From NCBI GenBank assembly GCA_026414305.1, contig JAOAJH010000003.1:64994-128993 (forward strand): a DNA stretch of 64,000 nt, read 5' to 3'. The position numbers and the translations under genes were made by a program. This DNA comes from Candidatus Aenigmatarchaeota archaeon. GTDB lineage: Archaea > Aenigmatarchaeota > Aenigmatarchaeia > CG10238-14. The notes below the pieces were generated by a model. That model was not told the origin of the DNA and made no database searches. It saw only the letters and a program-made list of their open reading frames with translations. This document shows, piece after piece, positions 57,565-64,000 of the stretch. Within the stretch, counting starts at the first letter, position 1. Each line of letters begins with the position of its first letter.

Positions 57565-59907
57565 TCAACTGTTTTTCTTTTTCTTTCTTTCATTTTTCCA
57601 TTCTTCAAAAACTCTTTCTGCTGCTTCGATGGCCTTATCTTCTGTTGTTTTCAAGACGTCACATGTTTGTCTCAGAATTTCTGCCTTTTCTCTTAAATAT
57701 TTCTCAGCTACATCACCAGAGCAAAATTCTATTCTAACTACGCCATCCTGTATCCTCTTTGTTTTCAGTATTTTTATATATCCTATTTCTTTTGTTTTGT
57801 CCACGTGCGTTCCGCCGCAAGCTTGGCTGTTAAAGCCAGATAATGTTATTATTCTTACTTTTTTAGATGGAACATAACCACCTTGATAAATTGTAAAACC
57901 AAATTTCTTTTCTGCTTCTGTTCTGTCATACCATTCTTTTTTTACGATGACGTTTTTTTCAATTATTTCATTTGCAATTCTTTCAATTTCTTTGACTTGC
58001 TGTTCTGTCAAACTATCAAAATGAGTTATGTCAAGTCTTGCTTTCTCTGTTGTTTTTTCAGCGCCATGTTGCCACACCCATGATCCCAACACTTTTTTTG
58101 CTGCTGTAAATATTACATGGGTTGCTGTGTGATGTCTTGTGTGAATCATTCTTCTGGAAACGTTTATTTTGCATTCTACGTCATTTCCTTCTTTAACGCT
58201 GCCCATTATTTTGTGTACGACCACATTACCTATTTTTTGAACGTCTATGACAGGTTGACCATTAATAAATCCCATGTCTGCTTTTTGCCCGCCACTTTCA
58301 GGATAGAAATATGTCTTGTCCAAAACCACATATTGATTATTTATAAAACGCAAAACCTTTGCCTTAAACTCCATTTTTTTCTCGTCATCATAATACATCA
58401 ACTGTGTTGGAGGCAAACCAGAAATATCTATTTCTTGCCTTGATATTTGCTCTTCTTCTTTCATGTGCATTGCAGCTATTTTTGAATAAAAATCTTCTGG
58501 TATTTTTATATCTGGCTTATGTTGCGCAATCAATTCTGGATTTATACCTTCAGAATCATATAGCCTTATCATTTCTTCTTCTGTTATATCTTGACCTTTC
58601 TGAACTATTTCCTCGACAATTCTTTGTGCCCTGCTTTTACTTGTGTTATATCTCTTTCTTTCAACGTCAAATATAACATTTACATCATCAATATGCTCTT
58701 TTAATTCAGGTGAAAAATACTCAAGCTGCTTTGCATGCAATTCGCACACTTTAATCAAATCTATGTTAAATTTAAGATCATCCAAAAAACTAAACATTCG
58801 TCTCATTATTATCCTTAAATTATAGCCACCACCAACATTGCTCGGAAGTGCTCCGTCAGAAATTGCAAATGTCAATGCTCTTGTATGATCTGCAATTGCA
58901 TACATTGCCTCAAAAGGTTTTACTTTGGCAACAAGATCCTCAACCTTTATGTTAAGGTCTTTTGATATTTTTGCTCTTGCCTTTTTTAAATCGCCTGCTT
59001 CCTCTATGTTCAAACTTCCGGCCAAACGAGAATATTTTTGGAAAAAATCCCAATCTGCTTTCAAGCCTATTTGATTTATCATATATTTTATTACCGGCTC
59101 AAAAACAACATCATAAGCAGTCGAAGTTCCGTTAGTTATCCATGACATTCTTTCCAAGCCAGCTCCCATGTCTATAACTTTTGGTGACATTTCTTTGTAA
59201 TTGTCAATTGTGCCTGAAAATTCTGTGAAAACTGCATTTCCAAGCTCTAGACCCCTTGAGTAGTATTCTAATGACGGCCCAAAGGCACTTGGTCCTGCCC
59301 ACATGTCTTCTATAAACATTACCTCTCTTTCAGGTATTCCTAAAACTTTTGTTACCATATCAAAATCAAGTCTTATGCACTCGTCTTTCCAATATCCTTG
59401 TTTGCCATCATAAAATCCGGCTTGTCCGACCATGTTAAAGCATGTGAAATGTTTACCTGTTATACCTACATTTGGTATGTCATTGAATCTTAAGCAAAAT
59501 TGGGGCACTATTACAGGGTTTGCCGGGAATTCAAAAACAAGCTGGTTGTTTTCAACTCTGTAAAAATCTATTATAGAAGCTATGTTGAAAAACAAAGGAT
59601 ACCATCTGCAAACAACAGGATATCTTCTTAGTGATGTATGATTGTTTTTCACAAAAAACTTTTCTATTGCCTTCCACGTTTCTACATAATCCATTCTGTT
59701 TTTTGTAGGTGGATTTCCTATAAATTCGTAAAATCTGCAAGGTTGATCATCGCATGTTTTCCTTTCTGTGTCTAAAGTCCAGAAAAATTTTCCGCATGAT
59801 ATACATTTTTTTCTTTCAAAACCTTTTTCTGAAAATAGGGATACTTTCCAATATTTTTCAGGATCTTGCTGGAATTTCTTCATCAAAGCTTTTTTGTCAA
59901 TTGGCAT
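57565..59907 (-). CDS. alaS: Alanyl-tRNA synthetase, archaeal type, lacking a C-Ala domain
   Basis: Archaeal N-terminus (KKCISCGKFFWTLDTERKTCDDQPC...RRYPVVCRW), editing-domain HxxxH (HTATHV) and CGGTH zinc motif. Ends ~60 aa after the editing domain at 780 aa. Confidence 0.9.
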   Translation of the reverse strand: MPIDKKALMKKFQQDPEKYWKVSLFSEKGFERKKCISCGKFFWTLDTERKTCDDQPCRFYEFIGNPPTKNRMDYVETWKAIEKFFVKNNHTSLRRYPVVCRWYPLFFNIASIIDFYRVENNQLVFEFPANPVIVPQFCLRFNDIPNVGITGKHFTCFNMVGQAGFYDGKQGYWKDECIRLDFDMVTKVLGIPEREVMFIEDMWAGPSAFGPSLEYYSRGLELGNAVFTEFSGTIDNYKEMSPKVIDMGAGLERMSWITNGTSTAYDVVFEPVIKYMINQIGLKADWDFFQKYSRLAGSLNIEEAGDLKKARAKISKDLNIKVEDLVAKVKPFEAMYAIADHTRALTFAISDGALPSNVGGGYNLRIIMRRMFSFLDDLKFNIDLIKVCELHAKQLEYFSPELKEHIDDVNVIFDVERKRYNTSKSRAQRIVEEIVQKGQDITEEEMIRLYDSEGINPELIAQHKPDIKIPEDFYSKIAAMHMKEEEQISRQEIDISGLPPTQLMYYDDEKKMEFKAKVLRFINNQYVVLDKTYFYPESGGQKADMGFINGQPVIDVQKIGNVVVHKIMGSVKEGNDVECKINVSRRMIHTRHHTATHVIFTAAKKVLGSWVWQHGAEKTTEKARLDITHFDSLTEQQVKEIERIANEIIEKNVIVKKEWYDRTEAEKKFGFTIYQGGYVPSKKVRIITLSGFNSQACGGTHVDKTKEIGYIKILKTKRIQDGVVRIEFCSGDVAEKYLREKAEILRQTCDVLKTTEDKAIEAAERVFEEWKNERKKKKNS

Positions 59908-59939
59908 AAAAATTAATACAAGTTTAATTTTTTAAATCA

Positions 59940-60485
59940 TTATTCCTTGCAGCAGTCTATTGCTTTTTGAAAAGCTTGTTTTAATTTGTTTACAAACCCC
60001 TTTTCGTTTTTATCAACTGGAAGATAGTTCTCCTTTTTAGAATCTTCTATTATCTTTTTCTTGTCTATATCCTTTGCATTTATTAAACCTAAATTCAGAC
60101 CCCAAAACATTGTATATAGCGTATATGAATCCTCAAACAGTTCCTTTGCTTCTTTTTTGTTTCCTTTGCTAAGCTGTTTTGTACCAACTTCCATTAATCT
60201 CATTGACGCAGCCAAAAGATGCTTTGAAATGCACCAAACCTCTCCTTCATAATCTTTTATTATTTTTTTGAGCATTCTTTTTCTTATTTCCCTTATTTCG
60301 TTCAGCATCACAAAATACTTGTCTTTACCTGTTTTCATTGCTGTAAAAAATAGATGCTCTTCAATGCTAATAAGATTCATTATGCCTATGCTCAAATCTT
60401 CATCAGAAGACAAATCAAGTTTTTTTTCTTTTATGACCTTATCGACTTTGGATATGAAATCATCAACTTTATCCATACTCACCAC
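59940..60485 (-). CDS. Hypothetical helical protein
   Basis: 181 aa, predicted all-alpha, basic. No family recognised. Confidence 0.4.
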   Translation of the reverse strand: MVSMDKVDDFISKVDKVIKEKKLDLSSDEDLSIGIMNLISIEEHLFFTAMKTGKDKYFVMLNEIREIRKRMLKKIIKDYEGEVWCISKHLLAASMRLMEVGTKQLSKGNKKEAKELFEDSYTLYTMFWGLNLGLINAKDIDKKKIIEDSKKENYLPVDKNEKGFVNKLKQAFQKAIDCCKE

Positions 60486-60486
60486 C

Positions 60487-60987
60487 TTATCCCAATATGC
60501 CTAAAATCAAATAAAAAGATATGCTCGCTATTAGCAGAAAAAGTAAAGGCAATATTACCTTTTGGTATGGAAACAGAACTTTGTTTTGGTTTATCTTCCT
60601 CAAATACCTGTCGAAATAAATAGATTTCAAAAATGCTACTGTTCCAACAAACATTCCAAAAATTATCTTGTCAATACCAAAAAATGTATTTAGCGGATGG
60701 CCTATTATTTGACCTAAATAAAATGGAATTATCACAAGCAAATAAAATGACAAAAAAACTATTTGATCCCTGAAAATAAATTTTATCTTCTTTTTTTCCA
60801 GCCAATCAATTGTCCAAAATGACATTGATATTAGCAAACCTCCTATCCATATCGATGTTATCAAGTCATCTATACCCATGTATCTAAATAAACCCAGTCC
60901 AGCACCCACAGCAATTGTGCATAATGGACATACTGCTTTTGCGTATGGAAGCAAAAGCAATGATATCAAAAGAACAAAAATTTTCAC
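60487..60987 (-). CDS. Polytopic membrane protein with N-terminal CPLC motif (candidate disulfide-relay membrane partner)
   Basis: 166 aa, 4-5 TM helices. AVCPLCTIAVGAGLG at the start of TM1. ATGA overlap with the upstream thioredoxin-like gene. Confidence 0.4.
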   Translation of the reverse strand: MKIFVLLISLLLLPYAKAVCPLCTIAVGAGLGLFRYMGIDDLITSIWIGGLLISMSFWTIDWLEKKKIKFIFRDQIVFLSFYLLVIIPFYLGQIIGHPLNTFFGIDKIIFGMFVGTVAFLKSIYFDRYLRKINQNKVLFPYQKVILPLLFLLIASISFYLILGILG

Positions 60988-61358
60988 TCAACATCACCTA
61001 AAACTTTAAGCAAGTCTATGCAATCTTTGTCACCAACGTAGCACTTGCCGTCATAATATATCATTGGTACCCCGAGATTGTTTTCATTTATGCCGCATTT
61101 ACTTGCGTATGAAATCATTTTATTAAGATTAGCCCTGTTATTGTAAACTTCTAAACTTTCTATTTTCAATTTCACATCAAGATTGTTTTGCTCTATAAAT
61201 ACCTCAACATTCTTGCAATGTGGGCATGTTATTCCATAAAAAAACAATATTTTGCCAGTATCAGATGATTGTTTGTTCTTATAAATAGCATAAAGCGATA
61301 GAATCAATATTAAGCTAATTATGACAAAACCCACAAAAACTTTTACAGCCTTGCTCAT
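60984..61358 (-). CDS. Membrane-anchored thioredoxin-fold protein (CPHC active site)
   Basis: N-terminal TM, then FFYGITCPHCKNVEVF and a second Cys pair (GKCYVGDKDC). 124 aa. Confidence 0.6.
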   Translation of the reverse strand: MSKAVKVFVGFVIISLILILSLYAIYKNKQSSDTGKILFFYGITCPHCKNVEVFIEQNNLDVKLKIESLEVYNNRANLNKMISYASKCGINENNLGVPMIYYDGKCYVGDKDCIDLLKVLGDVE

Positions 61359-61459
61359 GAAAATACCTCTTTAAAAGGTATATTTCAATCTTATAAAATT
61401 TAACTATTTCTATTTAATAGAAAAGCAAACCTATAAATGAAGTGTTTTAATATATTCTT

Positions 61460-62062
61460 ATGACATCGGAATATTTTGTAAACATAAAACCCAAAGATGT
61501 AAGTTTTGATAGCATTGAAGAAGTAAATAATGTTCTGATAAAAAACAAACCTTGGTTCCTGATACTTACAAACAATAAGATAGAAAACAATTCAATAATT
61601 TTTGATGACGAAAATGCCGGCTCATTTGCTTCAATAAAAAAAGATGGTGAAATAGAATACAGAGAAAAAGTCTTTCTTGATAATAAAATAGACATAATAA
61701 GAACAATAGCAATAGTATGTGGTATTTTCAAAATGGGAAAAATTGTATATGCTAAAAAACCAAACACCGTTTTCAGATTTTATATGAAAATAGATAATTT
61801 AAATGGGAAGACAGTTTTAGAGAATGAAGATCTTGCTATTTTTGGTGAAATAAAAATTGAAGCAGACAAGGTCGAAATAAACAGGGAATTTTCATTTGAT
61901 AAAAATTTCGATGCGTACAAATCTGTGAAAGAAATCGTTTCAGAGTTTTGCAAAGAAATAGACTTTCCTTTTGATGATGGTCTGCTGCAAAAAGAGATAG
62001 AAAATGCTATTAGCGTTCTAGACAATCCTCTTATGTTTGCAAAAAAAATCAACCTGCAATAG
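61460..62062 (+). CDS. Hypothetical soluble protein
   Basis: 200-aa ORF with protein-like composition. Preferred over the overlapping antisense 61447..61767. Confidence 0.45.
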   Translation: MTSEYFVNIKPKDVSFDSIEEVNNVLIKNKPWFLILTNNKIENNSIIFDDENAGSFASIKKDGEIEYREKVFLDNKIDIIRTIAIVCGIFKMGKIVYAKKPNTVFRFYMKIDNLNGKTVLENEDLAIFGEIKIEADKVEINREFSFDKNFDAYKSVKEIVSEFCKEIDFPFDDGLLQKEIENAISVLDNPLMFAKKINLQ

Positions 62063-62489
62063 TTCTTCCAACTTGGGATTTTATAGAAAACAATTCGCTC
62101 AAAGTTTCAATCATTTTAGGTTCAAAAGATATCAAGTCAGTTGCAGTTATTATTCCAACCAGTTTGCCGCCATCAATAACTGGAAGTCTTTTTATCTTAT
62201 TTTCAACCATTTTTTCAGCTGCATTTTGCAAATCATCTTCAGGACTTATTGATATAACTTTGCTTGACATTATGTCAGAAACCTTAACCTTCTCTGGATC
62301 CTTTTTGGTTGCAACTATTTTTCCTATAATGTCGCTTTCTGTCACTATGCCTAAAACCTTGTCATTTTCCATAACAAGCAGGCTTCCTATTCTCATTTGC
62401 GACATTATTTCTGCTGCTTCTTTTATAGTTGCGTGTGGTTTTGCCACAACAACTTGAGGATTCATTACGTCTTTAACTTGTGCTGCCAT
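62049..62489 (-). CDS. CBS-domain pair protein
   Basis: Two CBS motifs (VKDVMNPQVVVAKPHATIKEAAEIMSQMRIGSLLVM; VSDIMSSKVISISPEDDLQNAAEKMVENKIKRLPVID). Confidence 0.8.
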   Translation of the reverse strand: MAAQVKDVMNPQVVVAKPHATIKEAAEIMSQMRIGSLLVMENDKVLGIVTESDIIGKIVATKKDPEKVKVSDIMSSKVISISPEDDLQNAAEKMVENKIKRLPVIDGGKLVGIITATDLISFEPKMIETLSELFSIKSQVGRTIAG

Positions 62490-62518
62490 ACGAATAATAT
62501 TTAGAAAGCTTGCTTATA

Positions 62519-64000
62519 TTATTTTTTGTCAAAAGCTATTTGAATTGTTATATCATCAAGTTCAACCTTGCTTGTGTATTTGCCTTTAAGTTTGCCAAAA
62601 AAAACTGATTTTGCACCAACCTCTTTTTCAAGATCTTTTGCGAACTTTTTAATCATGTCTTCTGTTTTCTTGTCTGACGATATAGACAACTCAATACTAT
62701 CTGATATTACAAAGCTGTTTTTCTTTCTTGTTTCTTGTATTGATCTTACAACCTCTCTATACAACATTTCAGCATATATGTTTTCATCCTTTTCTAAATC
62801 CAAGTATAGCTTGAGATTTTCCAAAATTGCTTCTGAAAACTTGCCTTTTGGTAGTTTTTTGGCGACAACAATATCTTTCACATTGCATGAAAACTTCAAT
62901 ACATCCTGAAGGTTTTTAATTGTGTCCAACACATCTTTGCTGTTGCTTATTACAACAAGTCTTTTCAAGGGCCATTTGAGTTTTATTTTTTCTTTTTGCC
63001 TTATGTTTGTAGACGCTTCAAAAATGTCTCTAGCTATTTTCATTTGTTTTTCCAATTCCAAATTCACCAATTTTTTATCTGGGATTGGTAAATCTGTCAT
63101 ATGAACAGATTCTGACTCTCCTTTGAATAACTGCTGGTAATAGTATTCTGACAAAAATGGTGTTATTGGTGCCAACATTTTCAGCAAAACTTCAGAAACT
63201 TTATTTAGTGTGTAAAATGCTGCAATTTTATCGCTTTTCTCGTATGTTGGCCACACTCTGTCCCTAACCAGTTTTATATACCACCTTGAAAAATCATTTA
63301 ATATAAAGTCTTGCAAAAGTTGTACTGCTTTGTGAATGTTATAACTCTGCAAATTAGTATCATATTCTGACAAAACTGAATTTAACCTTGAGAGTATCCA
63401 CTTGTCCTCTATTTTAAGTTCCGGTTTCTTGGTTGTTTTTTGAGAATATGTTTTTACAAAATTGAATGTATTTCTTAGTATGTTTAGGTTTTTCGCCACA
63501 TTTTCAGTGTCCTTCCAGTTAAAGTAAAAATCATCCCATGCTGGGCTTGAAAGCAAATAAAATCTCAGAACATCTCTTCCATATTTTTTTATTATATCTT
63601 CAGGTTGCACTATGTTCCCTTTACTCTTTGACATCTTGTTTCCGTGTGCGTCTAAAACAAAACCATGAAACAATATGTTTGTGAATGGCGCTTGACCAAA
63701 GGTTATGTAGCTTGTTATGATCTGGGAATTCCACCAACCTCTTATTTGGTCCGGACCTTCTACTTGAAAGTCACATGGCCACAATCTCTTGAATTTTTCC
63801 TTGTCTCTTGGGTAATCCAAGCTTGACCATGCAGCAAGCCCAGAATCAAACCAAACATCAAGCACGTCTGGAACTCTTTTCATCTCTCCTTTACATTCGC
63901 ATGTTATTTTAACTTGATCTATGAAAGGCCTGTGAAGATCATCAACTTTAACAGGAAGATCGTCTCTTGATTCAAAAATTTTCATTTTTCCGCATCTTTC
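62519..64000 (-). CDS. ileS: Class I aminoacyl-tRNA synthetase, C-terminal part (most likely isoleucyl-tRNA synthetase); 5' end lies beyond the window
   Basis: KMSKS (GNKMSKSKGNIV), VWFDSG and a Zn-ribbon-like C-x-C, plus IleRS-like DQIRGWWNSQ. The ORF runs to the window edge, so the N-terminal catalytic core is outside the window. Confidence 0.65.
   Translation of the reverse strand, partial: ERCGKMKIFESRDDLPVKVDDLHRPFIDQVKITCECKGEMKRVPDVLDVWFDSGLAAWSSLDYPRDKEKFKRLWPCDFQVEGPDQIRGWWNSQIITSYITFGQAPFTNILFHGFVLDAHGNKMSKSKGNIVQPEDIIKKYGRDVLRFYLLSSPAWDDFYFNWKDTENVAKNLNILRNTFNFVKTYSQKTTKKPELKIEDKWILSRLNSVLSEYDTNLQSYNIHKAVQLLQDFILNDFSRWYIKLVRDRVWPTYEKSDKIAAFYTLNKVSEVLLKMLAPITPFLSEYYYQQLFKGESESVHMTDLPIPDKKLVNLELEKQMKIARDIFEASTNIRQKEKIKLKWPLKRLVVISNSKDVLDTIKNLQDVLKFSCNVKDIVVAKKLPKGKFSEAILENLKLYLDLEKDENIYAEMLYREVVRSIQETRKKNSFVISDSIELSISSDKKTEDMIKKFAKDLEKEVGAKSVFFGKLKGKYTSKVELDDITIQIAFDKK

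Noticed and set aside
61447-61767. 106-aa minus-strand ORF overlapping 61460..62062.
   Set aside because: Hydrophobic and low-complexity antisense reading of the better-formed 200-aa plus-strand ORF.
1-64000. Looked for CRISPR arrays, transposases, integrases, phage genes and rRNA.
   Set aside because: None seen. No short identical direct repeats with unique spacers, no recombinase-like ORFs, no rRNA-like conserved stretches. The only repeats are the intragenic protein modules and the TGTCGA promoter motifs.

Overview
Low-GC (roughly 30% by eye), densely packed window that looks archaeal and DPANN-like. Evidence for that: RNA polymerase subunits N and K, archaeal-type TyrRS and AlaRS, a TsaC/Sua5 homolog, GGTGA-type Shine-Dalgarno sequences and TATA-like promoters. 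About half of the window (15691..49437, minus strand) is one uninterrupted 33.7-kb ORF encoding an 11,248-aa predicted cell-surface protein. From N- to C-terminus it has: N-terminal hydrophobic anchor or signal; a ~1,480-aa unique region; ~21 tandem ~350-aa tripartite Cys-bracketed modules, extremely rich in N-glycosylation sequons; ~1,500 aa of CARDB/Ig-like domains; a Gly/Ala linker; a transmembrane helix; and a C-terminal cytoplasmic FtsK/HerA-superfamily P-loop ATPase domain. It is translationally coupled (8-nt overlap) to an upstream membrane-tethered winged-HTH regulator. Immediately downstream lies a signalling cassette (coiled-coil SHOCT-like protein, PAS histidine kinase, multi-TM protein, CheY-like receiver, CheC-like protein). 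Just upstream of the regulator sits a promoter region carrying six TGTCGA/TCGACA motifs and a cluster of small wHTH regulators. The flanks are housekeeping genes: three tRNAs (Arg-CCU, Pro-GGG, Ser-GGA), HIT, SPFH, an HPS-like protein, M29/M24 peptidases, TsaC, NUDIX, two YbaK/ProX deacylases, a SAMP-like protein, a cytidylate-kinase-like protein, rpoN-rpoK, tyrS, a missed small ferredoxin, a PduO-type adenosyltransferase, alaS, a Trx-like/CPLC membrane pair, a CBS protein and a partial ileS. No transposases, integrases or CRISPR arrays were seen.
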